From the NCBI GenBank assembly GCA_037379345.1, contig CM074513.1, forward strand, positions 7,254,001 to 7,318,000: DNA of 64,000 nt, given 5' to 3'. Both the position numbers and the translations under genes were made by a program. The notes below the pieces were generated by a model. The model did no database searches, was not told the DNA's origin, and saw only the letters and a program-made list of their open reading frames with translations. Shown one piece after another: positions 14,201 through 28,919 of this stretch. Each line of letters opens with the position of its first letter. Position 1 is the first letter of the stretch. The DNA comes from Perna viridis (Eukaryota).

Positions 14201-17200
14201 TATCCCTGAAAAGTAAAAGTACTGATTAAAATACATTTATATTGGTCAATGATATGATTTAATCTTTGTTTATGCATTGTTGGGTTGCTAGATGTAACTT
14301 TTTATATGATTTTCGAACCAAGCACATAATGTTTTTTTCATAATGAATTTAGTGCCTGATTTTGACATGATGTCTAAATAAACATAGAAAAAACTTTTCA
14401 GTACTTAATTAGATGGTAATTGTTTAATCGGTGTTTAGTAAGCCTAATTGCTTGGTCAATTAAAATCCTACAACAAAGTAGTTATACAAGGCTTTGGTTA
14501 TTTGTATGTCATCCCAGTCAAGGAATTTACTTATGTTTTGGAAGTAAAGAGCAATCAATGGAACCAAGACTCTAGTGGAAATCAATAGAATGTAATCTAT
14601 GGACATAGATCAGACATGGAAAACAAACAATCAAAACAAAGAACATAACGTAACTGAAATAATACATACAAAATAACAAAAGTAACTCGAACTCCACTAA
14701 AAACTGAAAGCATGCACCCGTAGGGAAGCGTGCTCTTCATTTCTATAAACACCTGCCCAGTAAATACATGTAACTAAATTTATAACAGATCGTCAATCAT
14801 TTTTTTGGCTTCTAATATAGATCTCCAATTTAAATTTTGTCAAGAGTTCAGAAAAAAAAAATTGTTGCTAAATACATGTCAGTCCATCTAGCATTTTACT
14901 TTTGACTTGGATTTGATATCAAATTATGGAAAAAGAATTGGGAAAAAGTACTTGGCTCTAAACATACAAGTTCATCAAGCGTATTTGTCTTTATCAAGCC
15001 TTGTTCTTTGTAAAAACGACCAAATATTGACGAGCTATTTTTTTAACTAGTAGGTTACTAAATTCTGGACAGCAAATGCTCATTTAACACCTGGATTATA
15101 ATAAACCCCTATGGTCCCGTGCGCCATAAGTAAGAATACAGATATAATATTGAATATACAACCTTTATTATTCTCAATGAATATATAATGGTGTATAGCA
15201 GGACGGCCTACCTGCGTTGTAGTAGATAAAAGATTTAAATAGCCCTTGGCTAAGGGATTAGTTTTTAGCCGAATTGGTTTGTCGCTGGCTTGTCACCGAT
15301 CGGTCTTGGGCTCAATCCCCAGACGAGGAGGCATATTCTTGTGCGACAAATCATGCTCTCTCATTATAAAGATATTAATTTTGTAAAATTTCTAGTATCA
15401 GACTATTTACGATTATTTCTTACCATGATACAAATTCAGGATTATTTTTTAAGACTGTATCGATTTCTTCCTGGCATTGTTTCATGTACTGAGGGTTCTT
15501 TGCCAGGTCATACAAAATCCATGTTATTGCACTAGTGGTGGTGTCATGACCTAAAAGACAATATATCAATATGTATCACAAAAAAGTGATATGTTTCATT
15601 TCAAAAATATATGATACGCCAAAATTTAAATTTCGGGAACCATTTCAGGGTATAAAACATTTAAAATGTGCAAACAATGTAAATGTGACCATTCATAAAT
15701 ATATTGTAGCTGACATCGTTTTAAAAAGTCCGTTACTAAGCTCTACCTCAACAATAGAGCAAACGAAAAATACAACATTTATTGCACAAAATTGCAAGTT
15801 AATTGTAATGATACTTTTGGCCAAAATATCTTGTCGAAAGAGTATCATGGAGTTTTGACACATGTCGCCTGACATAGCTAATCGATCTAACTGATCATCA
15901 ATTTCTCATCGGTAATCATATTAGCCCTGTTCATCAAACAATTGTCTATCAAACTCTCAAAATAGGTTGATCGATGAAATTTCAATTCGAAATATGATCG
16001 ATTAGTGATTAGTCTGGAAAAAAATTGAAGTAAATTAATTTAGTTGATTAAATTGCATTAAGATGGAAAAGATGTATATTTTTCCAACATTTTGAATTAT
16101 TCCTGACTAATAAGCAGCCAGTAAATATAGTAATCGTTCATTTATTAGTAAAAATCTTTCACTATTTGTTAATCAAAATCATCGTTCGTGATCGATAAGT
16201 GTTCGATTAACAGAGTTTATCAATTGACCATTTGATTAGTGACCAATAACTAATCAGTTTTGTAGATTAGTTACGTTGGGTTGACTTAATTAGCTACACA
16301 TTTCACATTCGGCAATTATTTAATATGCCGAAAGTCAATAAGACTCAATTTCACTTAATAAATGGAATTTTAGCTGCAGTAAACATTTCTACCTTAAATG
16401 GACATGAGAGATCTTTTTATGTATATGTATGAAAATTATTGAAACTCAAAACTGTATATTAGCCAATACTCGTCCCATTATATTGAAAGAGTAATTAAGG
16501 AAATCAAGGTTACAGCGGTAATCAAAAGAATGTAATCCAGAGACAAAGACCAGACATGGAAAACAGACATACACAACAAAGAACATAGAGTAACTAAACT
16601 CATACATACAAAGTAACAAAAGCAAATAAGCAACCCGGACTCCACTAAAAACTGGGAGCATGAACCTCTGCTTTTCTAGAATTACCCGCCGAGTTGTTCA
16701 TAAAAAGTCGTCCAGGGTAGACGAAAGAGGAAAGAAAAACAAGTCGAACAAATCAGTGTTCATGGCGCAGATGGATACACCGTAACGATCCACGAGTTCA
16801 TGATGACGGCCATATAACTTTTGTAGTGATGACTTAAATCTTGTAGCAACATAACCCTGCCCCAGAAGCCTATTTGTTAGAATTCAAAAAGTCTGTGTAG
16901 TTTCCGCAAGCTCTGGCATAACGTATAAGTTGTGATATGAACACTCAATACGCAGGTGCTGAAGCGATGTTGCCACAGATGAAAGGAAAGTTGACAATTT
17001 GAATGAAAAGTCATCACGTTTGTCGTAAAGTTTGGTCAATAGTTTTGCTTTACCATTGACTTCTAAGTGTAGGTCAAGATATGAGGCTGGCTTCACAGTG
17101 TCTGTAGTATCCTTTATCTCAAGTTCTTTGTGGGTAGATGCCATGTACCAAATCCCCAAAATTAGGATCGTTTAAAGATAATACGTCATCTATATAGCGG

Positions 17201-20200
17201 AAACTGAGATTAAAGGATCTAGCAAAACGATATTCTTTCTTTCGGATCAGATCAGCTATAAATTCAGCCTCATAAGAGTGAAGGAATAGGATTTCATCTA
17301 TTCGATGCCTTTTTATTGTATACTAACGGAAAAGGCAGTTTATCTATAAATATATTTATTAATCAGCACTACACACTTACCCTGCTTGAGCACGTATTTT
17401 TTTTTAGTCTTTTATATGGATAAATTGTATTATTCAGTGTGTTTGCTTTCAGTTCTTGTACGTACATTTCAGTTATTGATAACATATTTTTCATTTTCTA
17501 CTTTTTCAGTCTTATCATTCAATTATATCATTTAAAAAAATATTCAAACTAAATTTCTTTTACATCACTAAGAGAAAATGTAATATTCAATTTATATAAA
17601 AGAATGCAAGTGCAGCATTTGAAGGCGGCATGGTCCAAGCTATGAAGCCATATGGATGTTGTCAAAATTTTCCGCTGATTATAGAGTGAAAAAAAACAAC
17701 CATCCACGCATCCCTACTGTTTATGATATATGATAAGAAAGTCTTTAAAATATAAGTTATAAGACAAGCCCAACGTTATGAACCATGCCTCAATTGTTAA
17801 AAAATCTACCGAAACACTAACCATGAAGATGTACCGATTGTCGTACTAGGTATACCCTACTTGTACAGAATGAAGATGTGCGACACCAAACAATCATTAA
17901 CAACATATGCACAAACTTTTTAAAGCCAGATACCAAATGCGAAATCAATCGGTCCGATTGGACCCGAAATTTTGTTAAAAAATTTTGACTGACAGACAAT
18001 AAAAAGTGTAGGGTTCAGCAAACAATAGAAATGCGTAGATGACTGTTGTATTTTTAATGAAAACTTGTCTGAACTATAAGAAAAACGTAGAAATGGGTCC
18101 GGTTTATAACGGTTTAGAAGTTAATGAGAATCAATTAAATATTGCAAATGTCGGAATAAATGACACTGCTTAAATGAGCGACCTTTCATCGGTAGTGTTT
18201 TAAGCAAATATATTAAAAGATTCAAAAGAAACTGTATACAAAAATTACTCAAAACCCAAACAATATCTAAATAGGAAGCCAAATCCAGTACAGATAAGTC
18301 CTACCAAAGTATTTCAAAGGAACTACATCAATTAAGCCCCATATTTAATATAAGGAATGAAACCTTAGTGCTTTGAACCGAGGTTTTTCCGCATAATTTG
18401 GTGTAACTGAAGTAAGTACCTTCAAACATAAAGGTATCTACTTCTGCTCTGATATCCTCTGGCGACATCCCAACACCATTTTCATCTTTAGCTGTCAGTA
18501 ATATATCTAGGAAATCTATTAACTTCTTCTTCTGTTGTCCCTTCCGTTCATTCTGTGTGGAAAGTAAGATAATTGATTTCGGCAAAATGTCATTTTTAAG
18601 GAAATTCGACAGAAAAAGATTAATGAATTTTTGGTAGAATTTGTCTAAATCAGTTAAATTACGTTTTTGAATGAGGTATCTACGGTTTCATAAAGGTGAG
18701 CGTTTGAGTAATTTTCATATTAGGTCACAAATTAATCTACGACAATTATCGCTATTACTCATTGTTTCCATTTTTTTAAATCATTTTAAATCTGTAGCAC
18801 ACATATTTTATTTTCAACCAAATCACGACACATCTACACATATTCTGTCTAGTACTAATAAGTACTGAACATAAAGATAAGCGTGTGTATTATTTTAAAA
18901 GTGGGGAAAAGTCTAACGTTTTCTTTTCAAGTAAAAGAAAAAAATCAAAAAATAACAATGGGACAATAATAATCCTATTTTCTACCAAAACGTGTTTCCT
19001 GCTTCGAATGACTTTGTCAGCAACATCATGTATTAAGTCACAAACATCACTGAATGCTTTACCATCTTTGCTGTTGTTCCATATAAAATCAAACAGGTAT
19101 AGAGGAGTGCTTAAATCAAAGGGATGAATAATATCAAGTACAACTGGAAAACAGTGGGTAATTCTCCCTAATTGATACTTCTGTTCCCCAAATTACGAAG
19201 TTACGAATCTGTTGCTGTGTGAAACTATGAAATAGATTTTGATCAATATCAAAATTGGCAGTAAATCATGGTATTATTAAATAACGGATATGTGAAATTT
19301 TCTTTGAAATCCATTCAGCGATGTAAGAGAAGAGGAGTAACAAATACGTATATGAGAAAGGTGCATATGGAAACAATAATCTGACTAACACGCGTTTGTT
19401 AAATATGAAAATGGTATGGAAATAGTCATGATCATGCAAAGCCAAATCAAAGATTCATTGTGCTACGCGCACATGATGAACTTCCACGTATTTTTGAGTA
19501 GCTCTTTCGGTCACAAGGACCGCAAATAATGTGTCAAGATTTGAGACTAGGGAAGGGCCATGGGATTGATAAATATTGTTTTTTTTTTATTATTATTATA
19601 GTTTTAAAGATATTCTATATATGAAATTCACGATATGCCATTTGTTTTGTTCAACATTTCAGAATTTTTCATCTGCACTCGAAAGATCTTCTGGAAACCC
19701 TCAATTCAAAATTATTATCAGAATACAAGTTTTAAAACCTATGATTTTTCAACTTTGTGTACTTCTATTCCTATACTAAGTTAAAATTCCGACTCAAAAA
19801 CATTACACATCGTTGACTGCCTCTTTGCTGGTTTTTTTTCCGGATTACATTATTTTCATTAGAATAGCTAGAATCTCGTTTCCCTTGATTACTCTTTAAA
19901 TGGAGGTAAGGGTTGGGGTTAAAAAGTAGCTTAAAAAGGCTGACAATGCTACATGTCCCTATGTTTTGACAGTCACAAAAGATGACATATGAAACTTAAA
20001 AAGCAATATATGAAATTACTATAAATGTTTGAAAAAATAACCTTTAAAACAGGTTAGCATCGAAAGCAGTGGGGGTTTATTTTACTGATTTTTTACCTCT
20101 AATCAATACTCACAGATTTCTACGGATTATCATCCGAGACGCATCTGTGACCGCTTTACAATACGAATGTTGTTTTCTATAAAATTAACAAAAACAAAAA

Positions 20201-23200
20201 CAAAACGAAAACGAAAACGAAACAAAAAACAAAAATAACAACAAAAAAATATTTCAAAAAATTTGAAATAGATATTATGTAAGTGTACGTTGTTTTCTAC
20301 ATAAGTAATGCTAGTTTAATTTTATCTCCTAGAAGCAAACATTCGAGTTTAGGGATTTTAAATTAATTAGATAAAATCGTCAGAGACAATGAAAAATACT
20401 AAATGTATTAGTTTTTTTGGAAAAAATTGACGTTTATAATATTTATGTTGTTTAGCTTTTAATGTTTTTCTATAACCTTTAGATTCATTATAATATTTAT
20501 GTTGTTTATCTTTTAATGTTTTTCTATAACCTTTCTATAACCTTTAGATTCATTAACTTTAGTTCAATCATATTAAACATATTTTAAAAAATAATTTTTC
20601 TTAAACTAAAAAAAAATTCTGGTATTTCTTTATGACAATATTGGCTTTGCAGTAGAACATTCCGCTTTATCACAAATACCTGTCTTTCTGACAATTGGTT
20701 TTATATGAGAAAGCACATTGTAGAATGATATCTAAAGTACAATTACTGATCAGACTGAAAAGTTCAAAACTTTCACCGGATTCAGCATGCTTGTCTATGA
20801 TATCCTGAAAAACAAAAATCGGATGCTAAAATACGTGTCTCCTTGTGTAGGTACAGATTAAAGAAAACGGATCGAGATGGTAATAATACTTTTAATGGTA
20901 TAAACGTTTTGAAACGCCCATAATAATTATGAAATGGAATTCAATTCTACCCAGCAACTTCATATTATATACATGTATAATTACTAAATAATACAGGAAA
21001 CGACGTTACGTACGATCGATTTAAACATTTGATTATTGAACACTTAACTGCATCTTATTAACAACTCGATTTTTTTCGAGACTAACAGAAGAGGCACTTA
21101 CTGTACCGGAGTACCTGATCCACGCCTACAGTGGAGTCCGGATTGTTCATTTATATCGGATTCTATGTACGTGTGATTTAAGTTATTTCATGTATTTATT
21201 TGGCATATTGTGATCATTAGATTACGTTTTTATGTACCCTACAAACCGACTCCTGGTTCTCCTGATTTTTCTTTCAATAACGATATTCCAAACAATTCTG
21301 AGATTGTTTCCAGAAGCACATAGCGTTTTCCTTTCTACTTACAAGCATTACATCAGTACACTGGTTGTATATTTCTTGGTAGGGTTTGAGTATATCAAAA
21401 TGAAATGCTGGGGTCAGAAGTCTACGAGATCGAGCCCACTTAGCACCTCCAGCAAGAAGTAAGCCCTCTCCAAGCCATGGTAATGCAGCCTTGTATACTC
21501 CCGTTAATCCCATTGGTTTTGGATCTAGAACACGATACATTTATTAAAATTTTGAATAGTTATATGAAAATTTTAATACCACGTTAACAAGACTGTCGAC
21601 CTTATTCGATATTTTCATAATTCAGTATAAATAGTACTAGAAAATTTTCTTGATGAGTTAGCAGTAATGTGCATAATAAGTTAATTCATCCAATTGATTT
21701 ATTCCGCGGCTCTTACAAGTTATGGTGTAAATATCATACCACAGGTCAAGCAAGCAGATTGTTAGACCGTAAAAGTATATTAATCTTTATTTATTTTCAC
21801 ACATATATCCAAAATGAAGAATGATTTATTGCTGATTAAAAGGTTTCTTTTGTGCTCGTTTAACTGAGTATTTAAAGTTATTTTTGCACAACTGTGTTTG
21901 ATATATTACTTTACTTGCAAGTCAAACTCAAGTCGAAAATCTATACGGTGCCGCCTGTTCTTCTGTTTTCATTTGCATATAACAATGGACTTTACATGGA
22001 GAGCTGAGCACATCCCGACTTCAGTATTTGGTTTTGCTATAGTATTATTATGATATTATATTAAAAAGCTGGGAAAAAATATATCGAAATGAAGCTATGA
22101 CATAAGAATGAAGCAGAGAGCGAAAATGATTTTGTCTTTAATTAAGGAGGTAGATCTGGGGTAAGGGACACAACTCTTGAAATCAGTGATATGTTTGTAT
22201 CATATTCAATATCACCAAAGCCTGCCAAGGTTTCATTTGAAAGGTGCTTTGATGCTTACATGAGATTGATTTAAAATGCTAAATACAAAAGTTTCAATGA
22301 TGAGTTGTGTCCCTTACCATAGGTCTACCCCCATTAAGATCATGTAAACGATACCTGCTGTCTTTAAGATGATTTTTGCTGTATCTGGATGTACTAGCAG
22401 GACAGTTGGTTTGAAGGAACCAAAATATACCCGAAAGAACCTTGGACATTTTTTCACTAAGCCCTCTAATTCTTCAATATTCACGCTCTTGTCCTTGATT
22501 AGCTGAAGTGAGAACCGAACAAGAAACTCAGTCAAACAAGTAATTGATATTCCTTGCACCAAAATACAAAAACATTAATTCCTTATTTCAATTAAAGATT
22601 ACAACCTTTCAAAAGGCCTCAATTTTCCATTTCTTGTCTTTAAACGTTAACTTCAATGTACAAATTATTATTTAGGAATATCTATAATTCCATCCAATTC
22701 TCTGTTACTTTTAACTTTATATTTTATCAGCAAGAATTACAAACAATATTTATATAGTTTATACAGCAGTTTATAAGCAAGTATAGATGATAACTCATGT
22801 CAGAAATTACGTTATTTTATAAAACATAGGTAAGTTTATGCTAACTAGTATTTCTAATTTCAAAAGCCATGTCTGCGCGTTTTCAAAATGCTTTTATTTT
22901 GAGTTTTTTTTTTCATACTTAATTAAATAAAAAGTTCTTATAATATGTTGTATTTTTCTGAGGTACATGAATATCCATACGCAGAAATATTTTCGATTAA
23001 ACTCATTTTATCTATTATTTGGAAACGTCTTGCTTTCGTGGTTAGTGTGTTAAAAGATATGCATTCTATTTCTTTTTTCTGAGTCTTCAAGTAAAACATT
23101 ATATTATATATTTATGCCACCACGTGTTTGCTAATTTTATTTCATAATTCATTGATTTGAGATATCAAATTCATAACCAAATTCTCAATTTCAAAATATA

Positions 23201-26200
23201 ATTGATAATTGAGTATGTTTCATAGTGATTATTCGTTACCGTTATCTAATTTGATAAATTCGGATATTAGTCCTATATTTCCAAGTTTTCTACTTTGTTA
23301 ACAACATTAAACTTAGTAAAAAATGAATGATGTCGCCTTAACAACATTAGATTTTGACCCGTGTCGAGAATCTGAATTATTGCTTCTAGATCTTTACCGG
23401 ATTATGCCCAATTTCAATATTGGGAGTGACGCTGGCGGAGCAGGACATGCTTACCCTTTTGGAGCACCTGATGTCACTCCCTGTTTATCATATTGCTAGT
23501 GCTTTAATTGTTTTGTGTGACGTCTTTCATCCCTTATCGTCAGTTTTTATTTTTAACCTTTTTATTAGATTGTTTCATGTGTTCACATTTAGGCTATGAT
23601 TTTGGATTTTGACGTATTCGAATTATCCCACTGCTTACGCTTCTGTATTTTTTGCCGATATATATATATATATTTATATATATATATATATAGATACTTT
23701 CCCAATTCGCAGAATCCCTAGGTACGGGGAACCGAATGTGGTAATGTACTCAATTTTGTACAGACAAAAGTGAATTTTGTTCAACCAAAATGAATTCAGA
23801 TTAACAAAATTTATGACAAACTACAAATTTTCAATTTTGTGAGACAAAAGTCAATTTTGTTTCACAAAAGTCAGTTTTACTTCACAAAAGTCAATTTAAT
23901 TGTGAGACAAAATTGAATTTTATCAATTTAGATCGAAGACCAGAATTGATATAGCAGTCACCAGAGCCTTTAGATTTGTAAAGCCTGATAGCATCTGCAA
24001 TTATCTTACACAGCCGCCGTAAAATAGTCTCATTGGCATACCCATATAGGTTCAAATGCAGTTAGTTAAGTCTATATTGTAGGTATTTCTAATACACTAA
24101 ATTTAATTCTATGTTATCTACGCCAATAAACAAACCCAGTAAACAACTTTTACTGCGAACTTAATATGCTGATTAATTAGGATTGTACATTTGTATTAAC
24201 AACGATCCAATTAATAGTTCACTTCTAATCCCTAATCATACCTGTTTATTTCTATGCAATCAGTCGTTCACTGTCGATATATTCAATTAAGTTGTCTAGT
24301 CTATTTATTTCAGACGCATAATACAGATAGAAATGAAAACCTGCCAGCATAAATTGTCGGAATGCTAAAGCTGTCTTCTGATATTTCATACAGGCCCTTA
24401 CGGATCCAAATATTTACAAAAAGGGGCAGTGGATTCGATAAAGAAACTTATATAAAGAAAGGACTTCCATGCTATCATTGGCAACTATTTTTTTTTTGCC
24501 AAATGTTTTACAAAAGGGTATCATAACCCCCTAAAACTATCTCGATGTATTACTCACTATATCGTGTATCTTTATTTCTCCTTATGACATCGGAATTATA
24601 ATAAAATTTGGCTGAGACGATGGCATAGGAATTTCGATAAAGCATTTCTCGGGAATGGTGACAAGTCTTTGGTCTGGTGATATTGCTTTTTGTAATAATC
24701 ATTCTATTGGGCTGTTTTGGTCATGTGTAAAGATAATGGAACTGCAGGTGCTCCAGGTACTCCAGGGCCTAAAAGTGCATGGCTAGTGTTGTCTGCACCA
24801 TACATAATTGTTGAAATTGTTATCTAAGACTTTGGCGTTTATGTTAATGCACGTGTATGTGGAACTAGATGCCCAAGAAACTAAGCACTTAAATTGAAAC
24901 AGAGGTGTCTATGCGGTAACTTGTAGCACTTGAGCTATAAAGCTTATATCAGCTGAGGAATGTAGCTAGTTAAGAGAGACGTGTATCTAAGGATTTTATT
25001 TCAATGACTGTGGCGGCTTAAGTTTGAATGATTTGACAGACTGGTTCGACCTGGAGGTCAATAATCGACTTGAAAATATTTAGAAACTGGGAAAGACCAA
25101 CTAATAGTTTGTAGTTCAATTACGCAGTATGTCGGAGAGTTTTAGCTCATTCATCTATGTGTTCCATGCAAACCGACATCGAACCTGAATATTACGCAAA
25201 CTGGCGCACTGCCACGATGCATTATGAAATTGGTGTGTGTGCTTTTTTTTTGTAATGTCCTTCGTCATTAGAATGGTGAATTTAAAAATAAATCAAAGAG
25301 TTCAACATTTACTATTTACAATAATAAGTTTATGTTTAGATACGTTTCAATTCAATCCTCGTACTTTCCTTTTATTCCAAATTTTTGTAATTTGACGATT
25401 ATTTGAGGCGAATAAGTTCAAACGATCGATATAAATTGATTCAGTACCTAAGTACTTTGATTGTCATTAAAGTCAATTTTGTAAGACAAAATTGATTTTT
25501 GTCATAAAAGTCAATTTTGTATGCAAATTAGTTTACAGAATCCATTGAATATGCAAATGAATTCTCTCATCACGATTTTGTAAGAAGGTTTCTCATTGGA
25601 TATAGTAACCGCGGGTCTCGCAGACGCAAGTTTCCGATTACTTTCAGCAACGCAGGGCGGTTAAGGCCGTTTTAAGTGAAATTAAAATTAAAAATCTTTA
25701 AAGTTGCATTCTACAGTAAAACTGTTTTGAAATGACTAAAATCACTGTTGTACGTTTTTTTGTTTTAAAATACGCGATTTTTCTACTTTCTATTTATTGG
25801 GATTTTCCCTGGTGAATCAGCTATAAAATGCTTTTGCCAGACCTTTTAATCACAACCAAATTTGTTAAAATTTGACAAGATAATTTGTATTAAATAAATG
25901 TATTTGTCCCAAATTTTGCTGAAAAAGGAAAGAAACGTCAGATTAGCCAAGGAAATCATATTAGAAATATGTTGTGCGTGAAATTTGTTTGTCTGTCAAT
26001 GTCGGCGAAAGATTTATTTTGTTCCACTATCCCTAAAGATTTTTTGCCAGATACAGATGGATTCCTTATTTCATTCTGATTCTATTGATGTATGATACAA
26101 GAAATTCGGTTGAGTGGAACAGGTCGGGCGAGATGAAAAACCGACATATATAGTTCGTGTCTAACTTTCGTTTCCCTTTTTTAAGTCGTTATAGTGTTAG

Positions 26201-28178
26201 CGACTTCTTGCACTTGTAATTTCTGTATTTAATATTCGCATATGATTTGTATTAATGTGTAGGTATACGCCACATAATCCAGCAGATCTTCGCCGTGTTC
26301 ACCGCCACTGCGTTACAGTTCTAGATTCATACGAGATAAAAATGTACCTCTTAAATATCATACACGTGTGTTCTAGTGTGTTTCTTGCTTGAATGACAAC
26401 GGGAAGTTTACATGAAATAATCAGTTAGCTTTGAACATTACCAAATTTCCGATTCAGGCACTGAGGCTAGTCACAAGACTTTATAGGTCATATGCATTAG
26501 CACGCCCGATATTCATGAATATTCATTGCCAGCTGCTTAATCTGGTTCATAAACTGGTTTCCTGTCAACATCATAAGCGACCCAAAGATCGCTACAACGT
26601 ACCTTTTTAAAAACTTATCATACACATGTCTATGCGTGTTTTTGCTTGTATTAGAACCGGAAGTTTACATTAAAAGACAAAATGGTCGGTGAGCATTGAA
26701 TTTATGTAATATTACCCAGTTTCCGATTCAAACACAGGCGTTTGTTACAATTGATAATATAAAGGTCATATGTATTATCAGTACACCGATATCTCTATAT
26801 AGCCATTTCGGTCATAACGGTTACGAAAGAGTACGCAACAATACCAAGGGAACCTAGATTTTTACAGAAGTCCCCCGATTTTAGAGCATATCGCATTTGT
26901 ACCATTTCGGATGTTTAAAGTACGCCGAAATCAGTGACAGTGAATATTTTACAATTAGCGACTTTGAAGACTTCAGTCTTTGATTAAATAACTCTCAAAC
27001 ACTCTTTAGATTCAAGATTAAGTGACACAGTGGGTTATGATTATGATATCCGATATTTCTTTCGCTTGTGTGCTTTATCATAACCGTGTACATTCGCACT
27101 TTATCTACTGTATTGTAGTGAATTAGAGTTTGTACATGTAATACACGTGTACATGATGCTGCACATTTTGAATTCATTTGCATATCCAAAGGATTCTATA
27201 AACTAATTTGCATACAAAATTGACTTTTGTTACACAAAATTGAATTTTGTCTCACAGAATTGACTTTTGTCACACAGAATTGACTTTTATCTCACAGAAA
27301 TGACTTTTGTGACACAAAATTGAATTATGTCTCAAAAAATGAATTTCGTCATTACGAAAGTGAAGTGATCATAAAACAAGTCTGCTTTCTTATGCCGTAT
27401 TCCGAAAAGCTGGTATTTATATTAATACCATTTATTCACGTGTATTTTTTTTTCATTTATTAATATCAATTCAATAATTGAATAATGCACCTGTTGATAG
27501 AAATGTATATTTATTTTATTAAATGTATATTAATATTAATAAATGGGAATAAATTTCATAACGGCTTGCCATTGCCAGTTTCAATACACAGATTGTGCAG
27601 TAATTAATCTTATTCTTGTAATAGATTAACGATAATTATATTGCTGGAATAGTATGATACGATTATGAAACAAGTTTAAAATACTAGTTTGATCACAATT
27701 AAAATTCGGAAACTGTAAAACCCACAGACTTGTCAAGTACTCTTCTTAAAAGTATCAATTTACAATACAGAACTCAACTTCTCAAGTAATAATTGACCCT
27801 TTAACCCAACCAACCTTAAATAACGGTTACAGATGTTTAGAATTTTTCATAATGCAGATTCAAAAAGATACACGTAATACAATTATTGCCCATTATTAAA
27901 TACGATCCCTAATGAATCAAAATGTCAAATTATTTTTTTTTGTCTACTTGAGTACACAAAAACATGTATACACAATGTGGTCAATGCCCTCTACATATAC
28001 TTACCAGTGGTAAATGACCTTTAAACCAATGTTTTTGTTCTGCGCTGTATCCAGGTAAATTATCAAAAAATTGTCTCCATCGATAAAACCACACGAGATT
28101 TTCTACAATTATAAACAAAACATAAACACATATCCCAACTAATAAGGTAGAGGTTAAAGTGCCACTCCAGGTTATCAT
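11235..28178 (-). CDS. CYP4: Cytochrome P450, CYP4 clan (CYP4F/4A-like fatty-acid omega-hydroxylase type); complete, 11 exons, 508 aa
   Basis: Exons (minus), all GT-AG with consistent phases: 28005-28178, 22355-22502, 21343-21524, 20680-20804, 20114-20176, 18986-19109, 18420-18552, 15424-15550, 13927-14205, 11806-11871, 11235-11340; total 1527 nt. Motifs: N-terminal TM anchor, [45 protein letters not shown]-helix [13 protein letters not shown] (CYP4 signature Glu), K-helix KEGMR, PSRF, heme motif FSAGPRNCIG. Confidence 0.95.
11368..11592. mobile_element. MITE in CYP4 intron 10
   Basis: ACAAGCTCTAAACAGCGTCTGACGTTCG pairs imperfectly with the reverse complement of CAAACGTCTGCTGCTGCGTGGAGCTTGT. 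Confidence 0.6.
12732..13630 (+). mobile_element. Non-autonomous Helentron, same family, in CYP4 intron 9
   Basis: CACCTGGCCGAAGGCC start, (GTC)n, two core repeats and CCAGGTGAGCGATTCAGGGTC end; clearly similar to the copies at 47061 and 57611. Confidence 0.85.
16490..17292 (-). mobile_element. Penelope-like element: RT C-terminal fragment plus 3' untranslated region
   Basis: Minus-strand translation [48 protein letters not shown], then [10 protein letters not shown] after a frameshift. Followed by the CCATCTGCGCCATGA..CCATGTCTGGTCTTTGT tail that recurs across the window. Confidence 0.85.
22146..22333. mobile_element. Kolobok-type MITE (TTAA target duplication, about 30-bp TIRs)
   Basis: TTAA-GGAGGTAGATCTGGGGTAAGGGACACAACTC ... 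GAGTTGTGTCCCTTACCATAGGTCTACCCCCA-TTAA; second copy at 34670. Confidence 0.8.
23741..27360. mobile_element. Foldback-type non-autonomous DNA element with arrays of about 20-bp subterminal repeats; left arm interrupted by an insert of about 1.5 kb
   Basis: AAAAGTCAATTTTGTGAGAC-type units at 23750-23925 and 25469-25520 are inverted relative to TTGACTTTTGTCACACAGAA units at 27215-27350. Region 25469-25564 is a near-perfect inverse of 27170-27260. Confidence 0.75.
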
Positions 28179-28919
28179 TGCAATATATTTAAATTTATGG
28201 TGTCAGCTGCCCATGGACACAGGAGTTCGGAATTCTCGGACTTTTACATGACTTTTTAACTAAAATCAGACTTCCGAACGGTATTTTGTGAAAAACCATG
28301 CTGTCACATTGGGGGGGGGGGTGGGGTCGTCTGAATTTGAGTTTCGTGTACTCACATATGGACACATATTCCACCAAAAAGTAAGTGACACATTAAGATG
28401 AATGCAAATGAACCTGAAAATCGTAGTTTGAGGTAATTCCAAACCTTCTACAAAAAAAACACCAAACTATTTAAAGTTTTCTCCATTGTTTTTTTTTATC
28501 AGCAGCTTGCTTATGAACTTCGGCATATTTGTCGCTAAATTAATGTTTTATTTGAGTATATTTTTTCATTTCGAACATGACAGTTTGTTTTTATTTCAAT
28601 TGTTTGCTATATTTTCTTGTTTGTATATTTTTATATATCAAAAAATTGATTAGCAAAACGAACATGCATGATATGCATTCATTATTGTTTATAGTGCCGC
28701 CATGATGAAAATACAAATATTTTATAGAGCTCGAACACAGTTACAATAATGAAGAATTATGATAAATAACTTAAGTGTTTATCATATACCATGTATTTGT
28801 TAATTATAATTTGTCGAAATCATGTGCTGTAGTCTAAGTAAATGTGTGCAGTACAAATTACAGGAGATATGGTGCACAAGAAACTTTCTTAATCCTTACA
28901 TGTGTACTGTATACATGTT

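Noticed and set aside
15240-15350. tRNA gene
   Set aside because: Only degenerate A/B-box-like sequence and no cloverleaf; at most a decayed SINE head.
20435-20555. 54-bp tandem duplication in CYP4 intron 4
   Set aside because: Ordinary local slippage duplication with no sign of function.
23750-23925. Array of 20-bp repeats as CRISPR or iterons
   Set aside because: No spacers, and an inverted counterpart at 27215-27350, so these are subterminal transposon repeats.
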